In this document: in pieces, positions 1 to 10,176 of the stretch | Layout of the letters: every line of letters starts with the position of its first letter | Position numbering within the stretch: the first letter of the stretch is position 1 | Source: Candidatus Parvarchaeota archaeon | GTDB lineage: Archaea; Nanobdellota; Nanobdellia; WJKC01 | Length of the DNA: 52,178 nt | Direction of reading: 5' to 3' | Assembly (NCBI GenBank): GCA_030615175.1 | Contig: JAUWZX010000003.1 | Coordinates: forward strand, 1 to 52,178 | Program-made: the position numbers and the translations under genes | Notes under the pieces: generated by a model | What the model was told of the DNA's origin: nothing | What the model saw: only the letters and a program-made list of their open reading frames with translations | The model's database searches: none

Positions 1-211
1 CTCTCTTTATATAGTTATTTATTCCTCGCCAATACCTTAGAACCCCTATCATCTTGTTACAACTACTAGGTAACAAAAACGTATGCTTTCTTTGTGTATA
101 TACCTACACAAAAATTTTAGATATGCCTACGTACCCAGTGATTCGGTATACTTTATTAAAATTCTTGTTTGATAAAAATGTATGGCTAAACCTTATTACA
201 GGATATTACTT

Positions 212-281
212 TAAGTATAATGGGTGTTGCTCGTTATACTTAAAGTATAATGGGTGTTGCTTGTTATACCACAAGTATAAT
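212..281. repeat. 30-bp internally palindromic direct repeat, about 2.3 copies
   Basis: AAGTATAATGGGTGTTGCTYGTTATAC at 213 and 243; partial AAGTATAAT at 273. Confidence 0.85.
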
Positions 282-425
282 AAGCCAATTTTAACTATTG
301 GACAAAAATGTATGCTGTTAGTTTCTTATCAGGATAATAAATAAGATATCTATTTTAAAGATTTAATAAAAAAATAGGCAATCATTTAGTTAAATTTTTA
401 AGCAAGGATTCACTTAGTAATACTG

Positions 426-752
426 ATGCCTGAATTTTATCAATCTCAATCGTATGTTCTTGAAGCCTTGAATAATTATGGTCCATTAACTTTCGGTAAA
501 TTACATGAGATAACATTCATTAAAAAGGACACTTTAACCAAATATTTAGAATTATTGCGGGTTAGAGGTTTAATTAAGCGCCACCATGATTATGATAAAA
601 CTAAATATTGGATTTATGACTTAACTGATGCTTCACGCTCTAGATTAAAATACACTTTTGGTAATTCCTTCCTTAATCCTAATACTAGGATAGTACAAGA
701 ACACATGAGAAGGGCTGAGGAGAATGGTAAAATATGGAGGAATAAAATATAA
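426..752 (+). CDS. winged helix-turn-helix DNA-binding protein
   Basis: LTFGKLHEITFIKKDTLTKYLELLRVRGLIKR...IYDLT is a wHTH pattern. Confidence 0.7.
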   Translation: MPEFYQSQSYVLEALNNYGPLTFGKLHEITFIKKDTLTKYLELLRVRGLIKRHHDYDKTKYWIYDLTDASRSRLKYTFGNSFLNPNTRIVQEHMRRAEENGKIWRNKI

Positions 753-778
753 TTTATGCATGAATTCGTCTGATAATT

Positions 779-1642
779 TTATATCATTCCTGGAGTGAAT
801 GCTTCCACATATATATTTTCAACATAATCAAATTCTTCCCTTGTAGCAACATCAATACCAACCATCCTGCATCTTGCCTTAACACAATTAATAAATGAAT
901 GAACTGTTCTAGGGCCAATCATATCCCTTGATACTGCTTCCTCCTTCAACCACCTAATACGTTCACCAATTTTATCACGGAGTGATATTGGTACCCTAAT
1001 ATTAACGTGTTTTGCTCTTTGTTCAATAATGTAATCCTTTATCTTCTGTAACTCATCACTAGTGTGTCTACGGTTAACTCCACGAGCAACATCACTATAA
1101 TAAATAGGGTCAAGGGAATGAAAAGGCACCACTAAAGTAAAACGTGTAAGGAATGGTAAAGGGAAATTGGTTTGATGTAAAACGCTAATAAATGGGTTTA
1201 ACCTCTCTCCTCTCGGATTAGCACAAGCGAGAAAATTAACCCTTGCGGGATAAGTTTCATGAGTGCCATATTTATCAACTCTCACTTGACCTAATTCCAT
1301 TGCTGAAAGCAACATATCAGAAACACGTTTATTAAATTTCTCTACTTTATCCATTTCGTCTTGCACCATGCAAGTGCTACCATCAAAGTATTGTAACCTC
1401 TCAATCATTCCAACAGGAGTAATCCTTGTACCATTATATGAACCCCTAAATGCGATCTTACTTGCTTCATGCCCAATATCTGTTTTTCCAGACTGCGCCC
1501 CACCTATAAGCATTAAATGAATAAACTCCTTTAATCTCGGCTCTGAGAATAATTGTAAACCAACTGCTTTTTTAGCAAGATTATTGCCAATTATGTGTGG
1601 ACAGATCAATTCAGAAAGTTCTGTTTTAAGAGAATTAATCAT
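779..1642 (-). CDS. mcm: MCM-family AAA+ ATPase core, without the N-terminal domain
   Basis: Walker A GGAQSGKT, Walker B QDEMDK, SAMELGQVRVDKYG (pre-sensor-1 hairpin), ACANP, LTRF arginine finger, GPR sensor 2; only 287 aa. Confidence 0.8.
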   Translation of the reverse strand: MINSLKTELSELICPHIIGNNLAKKAVGLQLFSEPRLKEFIHLMLIGGAQSGKTDIGHEASKIAFRGSYNGTRITPVGMIERLQYFDGSTCMVQDEMDKVEKFNKRVSDMLLSAMELGQVRVDKYGTHETYPARVNFLACANPRGERLNPFISVLHQTNFPLPFLTRFTLVVPFHSLDPIYYSDVARGVNRRHTSDELQKIKDYIIEQRAKHVNIRVPISLRDKIGERIRWLKEEAVSRDMIGPRTVHSFINCVKARCRMVGIDVATREEFDYVENIYVEAFTPGMI

Positions 1643-1731
1643 ATTAATTAATAATCATGACCTACTTAAATAATTAATCCTTATTCAGGAAAACATTTCT
1701 ACCAGAAGTATGTATCTGATTATTCCTATTT

Positions 1732-2040
1732 TTATTTGAAGTCTCCTTCTTTTAATTCTTTTTTCATGCATTCAAGGAATGGTTTTAATCGTTCTCCTTT
1801 CGGGTATTTTAATCCTACCTTGCTAGAACACATCATGGATATGCTGCTAAAGCGTGCATACCTTTCTTCTAATTTTTCAGGGATCTCCCCTATTATTTTC
1901 TTTACTTTACACTTCTTTTCTTGCTCGTCACTAAGAGTTCCAACTACTCCTTCACTCCATAGTATTAATTCTCCAGTCTTAGGATTACGGTAACCATGAC
2001 AGTAATTAAATGCTTTAACTGGATTGACAACTATGCCCAT
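1732..2040 (-). CDS. hypothetical protein
   Basis: ORF on the dominant coding strand with an upstream AT-rich promoter-like region. Confidence 0.6.
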   Translation of the reverse strand: MGIVVNPVKAFNYCHGYRNPKTGELILWSEGVVGTLSDEQEKKCKVKKIIGEIPEKLEERYARFSSISMMCSSKVGLKYPKGERLKPFLECMKKELKEGDFK

Positions 2041-2115
2041 TATTATTCACATTAGTTTAATTAAATAATTAAAATTGAATAAAATAAAAAAGGTTTTTTA
2101 TTTACTGCTTAGTGA

Positions 2116-2340
2116 TTACTTAGCGCAATCTTTTGATGCCTTGGTAAATGCTTCCCTAACAGCTGCCCTTGTTCCTGGTTTCTTACCTTTTAATGCATCC
2201 GCAACGCATATCTGGTGCCTGATTAGTTTAGCTGAGGTCTGCATAGTTTTCTTGCTTCTGAAGTAAGGTGGTTGGTCGCCTTTAGGGTTCACTGGGATCT
2301 GTCCTGCTAGAACATCCTTATAAGCTGACTTGTGTGCCAT
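2116..2340 (-). CDS. small basic hypothetical protein
   Basis: GGAGGT ribosome-binding site upstream, TTTAAA box further upstream. Confidence 0.7.
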   Translation of the reverse strand: MAHKSAYKDVLAGQIPVNPKGDQPPYFRSKKTMQTSAKLIRHQICVADALKGKKPGTRAAVREAFTKASKDCAK

Positions 2341-2458
2341 TTAAGATACCTCCTTTAATTTAATAAAGATCATTTGCAATTGAGGTTATGATTGCTACCT
2401 TTAAATAATTTTGTCGAGAATTCTCCTCCAATATGGAGAAGTTTTCTCCATAATAAAA

Positions 2459-2770
2459 TTATTCGTTTGGTATTTCCACTATTAGTTGCCTTCCTTCTTT
2501 AGGAGTCATCACTAAAGCCATCCATACCTTATCAGTATTAATTGAGTAAGTCTTAGTGTTTAAATCATTATTTTCTTCATTAACTAATCCATTCTTAACA
2601 TATTTTTTTAACCTATACCTAACATTTTTATCTAATCTATCAAGTTCTTCATCATTGCCTTTTTTATCATCACTAATAAGTGATTTAGAAATAGCCCTAA
2701 CACTATTGTGCTTGCCTTGCCTGTTATGTAGTGTTACTAATAAATTTATGTCGGATGCATCTATCTTCAT
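2459..2770 (-). CDS. putative wHTH protein
   Basis: VRYRLKKYVKNGLVNEE...TYSIN resembles a recognition helix plus wing. Confidence 0.55.
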   Translation of the reverse strand: MKIDASDINLLVTLHNRQGKHNSVRAISKSLISDDKKGNDEELDRLDKNVRYRLKKYVKNGLVNEENNDLNTKTYSINTDKVWMALVMTPKEGRQLIVEIPNE

Positions 2771-2783
2771 AATCAGCCACTAA

Positions 2784-3035
2784 TTAATCAAGTCTTTTAC
2801 TTTCTAAATACTCTTCTAATTTCTTTATTACAAGGGCTGGGGCTCCACCGTCATCTATTGGTATTAATTGCTTGCCTTCTCCAACCCCAACCATTCTCAT
2901 AATTATTGGCCTTGGAGCTTTGAAAGTCTTACCATCCCTCATTAATACCGGCTCACATCTTAACTCATTCCCGTCTTTGGTAACTTTGCACTGGGGAATG
3001 AATAAACCTTCGCCCTCTTTTTGTTTTTCAAACAT
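2784..3035 (-). CDS. hypothetical protein
   Basis: Operon-packed ORF with GGAGGT ribosome-binding site. Confidence 0.65.
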   Translation of the reverse strand: MFEKQKEGEGLFIPQCKVTKDGNELRCEPVLMRDGKTFKAPRPIIMRMVGVGEGKQLIPIDDGGAPALVIKKLEEYLESKRLD

Positions 3036-3053
3036 CTTTATTTTAACCTCCTA

Positions 3054-3395
3054 TTAACTTCTTAATCCTAATTCATTTGGATAATATATTAGTTTCTTTA
3101 ATAATACTTTAGCATGCTCAACTGAATGAACCGAGTCAATTATTACTCTTTCAAATCCCTTAACGTATGAGTTAAAAACTTTCTTAACGATTGGGTAATT
3201 AATAACTAGCACTGGAGCCATTGTTATGTGGCCACCATACCTTCTTCTTAGCAATTCTACTCTAGGGTCTCCACCATAAATATCTATTATTTCAATCCTC
3301 TGACTTACCGTTAATTGCCTGTTAATGTCTAAAACTGCTTCTTCCATTGGACCGCATCTTGGACAGTGCTTCAGAATGAATAGATAATGTCCCAT
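3054..3395 (-). CDS. thioredoxin/glutaredoxin-like protein
   Basis: N-terminal beta strand then CPRC, later a cis-Pro-like APVLVI. Confidence 0.6.
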   Translation of the reverse strand: MGHYLFILKHCPRCGPMEEAVLDINRQLTVSQRIEIIDIYGGDPRVELLRRRYGGHITMAPVLVINYPIVKKVFNSYVKGFERVIIDSVHSVEHAKVLLKKLIYYPNELGLRS

Positions 3396-4399
3396 TAAAC
3401 CACCACCCCAACCATACTTAGTCGTTGTTCCATCAAGTTTATTCTTTCTTGAATTTCAGGCGTTATCCTACCACCTTTTGATATATTATCTTTTGCGCTT
3501 AAAGGCTGTAAATTATCTAATCTCCATGCTTCCTTTAAGTAAACCATATCCTTTGTTTCTTTATATCTCTTTACAAAATAATTAACTGGGATGATATGAT
3601 CTATGTGCCAATACACCCCATGGTTATTCCAAGTCATTTCGGTAGTGAATTGACTTTCTAAATGCTCTTTTAATTTCTCTATTGAATAAGATATTAAATC
3701 ACTTCGCTTAAAGCAACCATCAACTTTATGTTTTATGCTTTTATTAATGGCTTTATATGTATTAAGCATTAATTTAAATGAAGGGTCGTTGTTATACCTT
3801 CCCCTTCTCAGTTTATTTACTCTCTTTTTGACTTCAGGCTTTTGCTCATATTCCCACTTTTTCACCCTTACTTCAGGCCTTTGATAGCGCTTTCGTGACA
3901 TTTCATTCGCTCTTACCTTAACCTCGGGTCTTCGACCATACTCATTGGCCTTCCTAAGGCGTTCAGCCCTATTCTCATAATAATACTCTTTATCATGTTG
4001 TTTTAATTTTTCCTCGTTCTCTTGACGATATTTTTTATTGTATTCTTTCTTTCTGGCTTTAACTTCAAGTCTTTGCCTGTATTCCTTTCCTTTTGCTTTA
4101 AGTTTTTCCTTATTCGTTTGCTGGTATTCTTTCATGTATTCTTTTCGCCTTGCTTTAACTTCTGGTTTCTGTCTATACTTCCTTTCTCTATCCTTAACTT
4201 CAGGGAGTTGACGACGCTTATTTCTCTGTTGTTTAATCCTCTGCTTATTCCTTTGACGGTATTCTTTACCGTATTCTTTCATTCTTTGCTTAAATTCAGG
4301 TCTTTGGCGATATTCTTTCTTTCTTGCCTCAACACAATCAAAACAATATTTTGCATTACAATATCGGTTCATTTCAATACCACATTTTACGCAATTCAT
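3395..4399 (-). CDS. HNH endonuclease with N-terminal zinc ribbon and basic helical repeats
   Basis: CVKC...CFDC; repeated KEYRQRPEVK-like units; WHIDHIIP...NLQPLSAKDNISKG. Confidence 0.8.
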   Translation of the reverse strand: MNCVKCGIEMNRYCNAKYCFDCVEARKKEYRQRPEFKQRMKEYGKEYRQRNKQRIKQQRNKRRQLPEVKDRERKYRQKPEVKARRKEYMKEYQQTNKEKLKAKGKEYRQRLEVKARKKEYNKKYRQENEEKLKQHDKEYYYENRAERLRKANEYGRRPEVKVRANEMSRKRYQRPEVRVKKWEYEQKPEVKKRVNKLRRGRYNNDPSFKLMLNTYKAINKSIKHKVDGCFKRSDLISYSIEKLKEHLESQFTTEMTWNNHGVYWHIDHIIPVNYFVKRYKETKDMVYLKEAWRLDNLQPLSAKDNISKGGRITPEIQERINLMEQRLSMVGVVV

Positions 4400-4761
4400 T
4401 ATGAACCCCTTGGAGTGAAGTAATTTGGCGGGAAAGTCTCTAAACGTCTTAATTGTAATTGGCCCAGCACTAGATCAGCTTCTCTTTTGAATAAGGATTC
4501 CTTTGATATTAATTCGGTTTCTGTTATGTCATCAACAAATATTCCTCTATCCCTTAATTGTTTTACTCTTGCATGGTTATATTCTTCTTGCTGCACTATT
4601 TTCATGTTATCAACGAATCTTAGTATTTTATGATATGAATTATTGAGTCCGTACTCCTTTGCGGTGTCATCCCAGTCAACTACCACGAAGAAGCCGTCGT
4701 ACTTAACTTCTTCTTTTTTTTCACTACTGAATAATTTCTTAACCTTACTTATTAAACTCAA
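4399..4761 (-). CDS. hypothetical protein
   Basis: Overlapping start/stop packing with neighbours. Confidence 0.65.
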   Translation of the reverse strand: MSLISKVKKLFSSEKKEEVKYDGFFVVVDWDDTAKEYGLNNSYHKILRFVDNMKIVQQEEYNHARVKQLRDRGIFVDDITETELISKESLFKREADLVLGQLQLRRLETFPPNYFTPRGS

Positions 4762-5350
4762 GTTGCTTAACCTCCGTCTCAGTTAATGGTATTGCATCCC
4801 CCTTGCCAACATCTATTAATTCTTTTTTCTCTTTACTAAATATCTCTTTTTCATAACTTGGGTAAATGCCCAATACTTGTTTTGCGTTAGTAGCGTACTT
4901 ACTATCAAACTGCCTTAACAATGAGTTATTAGTATTTTTTAGTAATTGATATATCCTAATAATGAAGTTCGAATGCCTTTGTGTTAACATTAAAATGAAT
5001 TGTTTTAATTCATTAGTGTCCTTTATTGAAGAAATGCTGCCGTGAAGCCTAGTTAAGTCTCCAACGCTTTTATCTGTTAAGCTGCCACCTATTAATCTTT
5101 TAATTTCTTCCTGCCCTTCCTTCATTTCTTTAGGATCACTGTATGACTTAATTAAGCTTAAATGCTCAACTATTATCAAGTTAATAACCTCTTCTGCTTT
5201 ATTAAGTATGGCGTTGTCGAAGCGATCCTTATCCAAGAAGTAAGTTATGTAATCCTTTAATTCTAAGTACCTTATCATTAAATCGCATAATTCATGATAA
5301 TTTAGGGGCAATTCATTCTTTAATGCATAACAATCACTTTTAGTAATCAT
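4745..5350 (-). CDS. hypothetical helical protein
   Basis: ATGA overlap with the upstream gene. Confidence 0.7.
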   Translation of the reverse strand: MITKSDCYALKNELPLNYHELCDLMIRYLELKDYITYFLDKDRFDNAILNKAEEVINLIIVEHLSLIKSYSDPKEMKEGQEEIKRLIGGSLTDKSVGDLTRLHGSISSIKDTNELKQFILMLTQRHSNFIIRIYQLLKNTNNSLLRQFDSKYATNAKQVLGIYPSYEKEIFSKEKKELIDVGKGDAIPLTETEVKQLEFNK

Positions 5351-6510
5351 TTCTTAGCTCCTTTCGCTTTTGCTTTATTTAATTCAGCAACTTTTTTAGC
5401 AATTTCTTTATGGTCTTGTTCTTTAAGTCCTTGTGGCGATTCCTTTATTGTTGATTTAATCCGCATTATTTCATTGAATAATTCATTCCTTATTTGCTCC
5501 CTTTTATCCTCTGATAATGACTTAGCGTATTTACTCATTACTTCACCAAATCTTGTCTTTAAATTAAGCAGGAATTGCTCTGTTAATTGCTGATTAGTTA
5601 TTGCATCTTGTGATGATAGTAAAACAGTACCTAATTGCTCCTGCGCACTCTTTTCTTTTTCAGTCGCTATTGATGATAGTTTCTTATAATTACTTGTCCT
5701 GCTAACTAATTTATTAATCCTTATTGCCTGCTCTCTTAATTTATTGTTTAATTCTTCTTCCCTTCCATTCGTTTCCATAACCATTGATTGCATTCCATTT
5801 AATTGACTGTGCAATCTATCAATTTTTTCAACGTATCCCTGCCTTTCAACGCCTGATAAATGAACTAATCTAACTTTTTTGCCTGTCTCATCACTAATGA
5901 AGTAATCTGAGTGTAGTATTAATTTACCCTTGCTTGTTAAGTCAAAGTTTGAATTGAATGCGCCGTTATTTAATTGTGATGGTATGTGCTGCGCATTATT
6001 GAACATTTGCCTGAAATCAAGCGATCCTTTAGTTAGTAATACTCTATCCTTTTTATCCTTATCAGTTAGTACTGGCCTGAATTCAAATTCACCATTATCA
6101 TACTCTTGTAATTGAAACCCTGCTAAATATTGGTAAGCTCTTAATGTCCTATTAGTTGCTTGGCTTTTAAGCGATACTTTAGGTAAGTTCTCCTTATCTA
6201 ATAGGAATGTTATCTTCTTATGTGCATCTTGTTTTTTCTTTTCTTTTTCATGAATCTTTGCTTTTATTAGTATTTCCTTGTACTTTTTATTCTCTTCTTC
6301 AAGCACATCCCCCCTTTCTAAATTCTTTTTTAGTAATATGTTCTCTGCTTGTAATTGGGCTAGCTGCGCTTGAAATGCTTTTGCTAATTCTTTTTTAACT
6401 ACATCTCTAAGTTCTTTCTCTGAAGGCATTCTAACATTGTATAACTCCTCTTTATAAGTTGGTACTCCGCCAAGTAACCCAATTAATTTACTTTTAAATC
6501 CTTCTAGCAC
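5347..6510 (-). CDS. coiled-coil protein
   Basis: 387 aa with long heptad-rich helical segments. Confidence 0.7.
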   Translation of the reverse strand: MLEGFKSKLIGLLGGVPTYKEELYNVRMPSEKELRDVVKKELAKAFQAQLAQLQAENILLKKNLERGDVLEEENKKYKEILIKAKIHEKEKKKQDAHKKITFLLDKENLPKVSLKSQATNRTLRAYQYLAGFQLQEYDNGEFEFRPVLTDKDKKDRVLLTKGSLDFRQMFNNAQHIPSQLNNGAFNSNFDLTSKGKLILHSDYFISDETGKKVRLVHLSGVERQGYVEKIDRLHSQLNGMQSMVMETNGREEELNNKLREQAIRINKLVSRTSNYKKLSSIATEKEKSAQEQLGTVLLSSQDAITNQQLTEQFLLNLKTRFGEVMSKYAKSLSEDKREQIRNELFNEIMRIKSTIKESPQGLKEQDHKEIAKKVAELNKAKAKGAKK

Positions 6511-6513
6511 GAT

Positions 6514-8313
6514 TTAACCCCCCTCTTCTTTCTCTACTGGCTCCACTATTCCACTACCTGGAAGGCTATCAACTCTTGGGTAACCAATCCTATTCAAAGG
6601 TTTTTTTTTACGGCTTCCTCTACTTGCTAGCTTGTAAAAGCCTAATAACCCTAATGCAACACAAAACATTAGGGCTATCCAAGGAAGGTAATCCCAGAAT
6701 TTAGGTCCACGACTCACTTGCACGTACTGCTTCACGTCTATCTCATTATCAGAGCCGAAGTAAGGCATTTCCTCAGCGTCAAATGCTGCGTCACTAATCT
6801 CAATCTCATAAGTGCCATTAAGCATTGGCGTGAAAGAAGCCATCCCACTAATGAACTTAATAGTTGTTTCATTACCGTCAGGGCCTTCCATAATGCCGTA
6901 ACCATCAAAGTCTATCTCCTCCTTGCTCTTTCTTTCAACTACTTTAACATCCACAGGGTAAGACGTTATTGAATTATCAATACTCTCATTATTATAATAA
7001 AATAACACCCTGGTACCCACCCTTGGCAGCGAAACAGTTAATGATTGAGTCATTGGGCTAGGAGTATACCCTGCACGCCTTACTTCAATAGTGTAAGTTC
7101 CCTCGCACCACCCATCTTCTGGTGGATTAAATATTACCCTGCCCTCAGAATTAGTGTAAGCATCAACATCCGGTCCGCAAGGATTATTAATGAATACGTC
7201 TGCGGATAATACTGGATCCCCTGTGTAATCATCAATTAATTTAATCACTATATCCTCATCTGGTAGAATGCTTTCTTCAAGATTCCTAATAACTAACTTA
7301 CCTGAGAGTATATCATCATCTTCCTGGCTTCCACCTTGATCAGTTGTCTGCCCTCCACCTATTATTGTGAAAATGGCATGCGCAACTGACTTATTATTAT
7401 GATAAGCCATTACTGTAATTGGCCCTAGCTCATCCTTCCTAACCACGTAATTGAATAATCCATCCCCCTGCAATGTTTCCGTGCCACTCGTCTGCCCAGT
7501 AATTATTAACCTTCCTGATAATAAGCCCCCTTTATCATTAACTAATTCAAATACAATTGGGAGTCCCGGTTTTATTGACCCGTAAAGATTTATTGTTGCT
7601 GTTACTCCTTCATCATCTCCATCAGTTGTTCCTTGAGATTCGCCTGAGTCAACTATTTGGAAGGCACTACTCTCATCACCGAATACTGTGTAACGACAAG
7701 TCTTTATTGCCCCCCCACCATAGGATTCCGTAACCATAACCCTTAAATGCTCATTGATGTCTGAATATTTATTAGTGATTGGTGCATTAAATATTTCAAC
7801 ACCGTTCTTAGTGATTTTGGTGAAGCATGAGTCATGACCGCTAACATCTGTTGGAAAGAGTTTGTAATCTCCAAAAACGAAGGCTTGTCCAAGGTTAATC
7901 CATGTATTAGAAACTATTACGTATCTCGTCTTCTCAACAAGAACAGTCATGCTCCTCGTGACTACTCCTTGAGTGCCATTATCTATTGACATGAATGTAA
8001 GATTTCCAGTGTATATTCCTTCAGTGGTCTCACTAGGCACGGCTATATAAAAAGAAAGTTGATAAGAATTAAAAGAAGGAATACTAAACTCATTGTTTGA
8101 CAGGAAAACGAAGTTATTAATACCCCCTTGCTTAGTAATTGAAACATTTACTTCAGAAATGCCCTCGTTATCCAACATTACAACTTCTATTCGTGACTCT
8201 CCTGGCGACAAAGTATAATCAAAACCTTGAGGAACCATTAAAGCCTTTGCAGGACTAAATAACGATAATAAGACTAATACTGTTACTGCTAATAATAATT
8301 TAACTGCATCCAT
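6514..8313 (-). CDS. membrane-anchored surface protein with beta-sandwich domains
   Basis: Signal peptide, beta-rich domains including DAYTNSEGRVIF, C-terminal TM helix plus basic tail. Confidence 0.8.
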   Translation of the reverse strand: MDAVKLLLAVTVLVLLSLFSPAKALMVPQGFDYTLSPGESRIEVVMLDNEGISEVNVSITKQGGINNFVFLSNNEFSIPSFNSYQLSFYIAVPSETTEGIYTGNLTFMSIDNGTQGVVTRSMTVLVEKTRYVIVSNTWINLGQAFVFGDYKLFPTDVSGHDSCFTKITKNGVEIFNAPITNKYSDINEHLRVMVTESYGGGAIKTCRYTVFGDESSAFQIVDSGESQGTTDGDDEGVTATINLYGSIKPGLPIVFELVNDKGGLLSGRLIITGQTSGTETLQGDGLFNYVVRKDELGPITVMAYHNNKSVAHAIFTIIGGGQTTDQGGSQEDDDILSGKLVIRNLEESILPDEDIVIKLIDDYTGDPVLSADVFINNPCGPDVDAYTNSEGRVIFNPPEDGWCEGTYTIEVRRAGYTPSPMTQSLTVSLPRVGTRVLFYYNNESIDNSITSYPVDVKVVERKSKEEIDFDGYGIMEGPDGNETTIKFISGMASFTPMLNGTYEIEISDAAFDAEEMPYFGSDNEIDVKQYVQVSRGPKFWDYLPWIALMFCVALGLLGFYKLASRGSRKKKPLNRIGYPRVDSLPGSGIVEPVEKEEGG

Positions 8314-8460
8314 TACGCCAAACCCTTCCTCCGGTTTACAAAACCCTTACTTTATTTTAAAGGATTAATCATTTATAAACATTTTTATGTTCGTTTGATC
8401 TTGCATTTAAATGAAATGTAATAATAATGTTTATAAGTAACGCTTGTTTCGAAAAATAAT

Positions 8461-9579
8461 GTGCTTGCGACTAGGTGTGTTAATGGTAAAATAATTGGCT
8501 TAACTAATCATAAGCAGGAATTACTTGATAATGAATATTCTGAATTCAATAGGTTGACAAAATTCATTAATGAGGCTGATAAAGTTGGCATGGATGAATA
8601 TTGTGAATACTCTTATGTTAAGGACAAATTTAATATTTATTCACTAACTAAATGCTGTGCGTTAAGGAATTGTATTAATTCAAACCATGAACAACCATTA
8701 ATTATTCATAATCAATCAGTTAAAGTTGTAGTTAATGATAATTATTTAACTTCTTTATGGGTTAGAATTGGAGTTTATGGTAAACGTGGTGGCATTTGGC
8801 TACCAATAAAGACTGGAAGTAAAGGGCTTGAATTAATAAATACTTGTAAAACGATGGGTATTAAGATTATTAAGAAAAATAATATTTATTATGTTTCAAT
8901 CACTATTCAAAAAGAAGTACAGGAAATTTCATATTCTAACATTCTCGCAATAGATTTAGGGGAAAAAACAATAGCAACTGTCAGTGGCACTGCACAGGAA
9001 CAACCACTATTTCTTGGCAGGAATGTTAGGGGAATACGCAGGCACTACGCTTGGTTAAGAAAGAAACTCGGCAATAAGAAGCTACTAAAGGAAATGAAGA
9101 AAATAAAGCACAATGAAAAGAATAAGGTGGACTCTATTCTTCATGAAATCTCTAAGAAGATTATTGATATTTCTGTCGCAAGCAATTCAATAATAGTTCT
9201 TGGAGACTTGAAAGGGATAAGGAATTCAGCGAAGAAGAAAGGAAAGAGGATGAATAGAATAGTCAGTAACATGCCATACCATAAACTAACACAAATGATA
9301 ACTTATAAAGCTAAGTGGAAAGGAATAAGAGTGGTGAAGATTAATGAAGCATACACTTCAATAACTTGTAACAAGTGTGGACATAATAATAAGGATAACC
9401 GTAAAAGTCAAGGATTATTCAAATGCAAGGAGTGTGGATGGGAAGTTAACGCTGACTATAACGCCTGCTTAAACATTATCAATAGGTCACTAGATTATAA
9501 GTTTAGTGATGGGGCTCCGATGCTGAAAGCCCAAAACTCAAGCAAGAATGTTAAGATAGATGATTTGAGAAGCATTTAA
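8461..9579 (+). CDS. tnpB: TnpB-family RNA-guided nuclease with rearranged RuvC-II
   Basis: RuvC-I AIDLG; GDL where E is canonical; INEAYTS; zinc finger CNKC...CKEC; RuvC-III NADYNA; no adjacent tnpA. Confidence 0.9.
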   Translation: MLATRCVNGKIIGLTNHKQELLDNEYSEFNRLTKFINEADKVGMDEYCEYSYVKDKFNIYSLTKCCALRNCINSNHEQPLIIHNQSVKVVVNDNYLTSLWVRIGVYGKRGGIWLPIKTGSKGLELINTCKTMGIKIIKKNNIYYVSITIQKEVQEISYSNILAIDLGEKTIATVSGTAQEQPLFLGRNVRGIRRHYAWLRKKLGNKKLLKEMKKIKHNEKNKVDSILHEISKKIIDISVASNSIIVLGDLKGIRNSAKKKGKRMNRIVSNMPYHKLTQMITYKAKWKGIRVVKINEAYTSITCNKCGHNNKDNRKSQGLFKCKECGWEVNADYNACLNIINRSLDYKFSDGAPMLKAQNSSKNVKIDDLRSI

Positions 9580-9597
9580 TATGCAAAGCTAAGATTA

Positions 9598-10146
9598 CTA
9601 TTTGGGTAGTGAGAAGAACTCTACTACGGAGTTCCATATTTCTGTTCCTGCTCTAGTTGTTGAATTTATATCCACACATAATGTTGCTTTGGTTCCCTCC
9701 AATAACATGAATAATTGGTTTAGTGATGTGCTAGCCATTACTGGCCCCACCATCATTAATAGTATGAACACGGCCAGTCTTAGTGGGAATGTTATTTCTC
9801 CTTTTTTAACGAATGCCACTAATGCTCCACTAATGCTTCCATTAATTATGTGTAAAAGGATGAATATTGGGCTTATGCACCCCGTTGATAGTCGTAGCAT
9901 GTAATTGAATAACCCGAATGAAATTCCTGTTATGGCTCCGAAGAGTAATCCTCTCTTAATTGTTAAGTTTCTTAATAGTATTAACATCAGGATTGCTTTG
10001 CTAAGTTCAGTTACTAATGGCATAACGTATATCTGGTCTAATGTTACCACGTTTTCTAGTATTATTCCTAAGAAGCAGGCTAACACTATGCCAATTATAA
10101 CCGATATTACTAAGTTCCTCTGATTATTTACTAACCATCTTTTCAA
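9598..10146 (-). CDS. PrsW-like multi-pass membrane protein
   Basis: PLVTELSK, GAITGISFGLFN and LLHII resemble degenerate PrsW motifs. Confidence 0.5.
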   Translation of the reverse strand: MKRWLVNNQRNLVISVIIGIVLACFLGIILENVVTLDQIYVMPLVTELSKAILMLILLRNLTIKRGLLFGAITGISFGLFNYMLRLSTGCISPIFILLHIINGSISGALVAFVKKGEITFPLRLAVFILLMMVGPVMASTSLNQLFMLLEGTKATLCVDINSTTRAGTEIWNSVVEFFSLPK

Positions 10147-10176
10147 TTTACCCTTCCTCCCCCGGATATTATTCTT

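Noticed and set aside
212..281. Possible CRISPR array
   Set aside because: The repeats abut with no unique spacers and there are fewer than three full copies.
54..344. 96-aa plus-strand ORF
   Set aside because: TTG start and simply reads through the 30-bp DNA repeats.
8461..9579. Cas12f CRISPR effector
   Set aside because: No CRISPR array or adaptation genes in the window; TnpB is the more supportable call.
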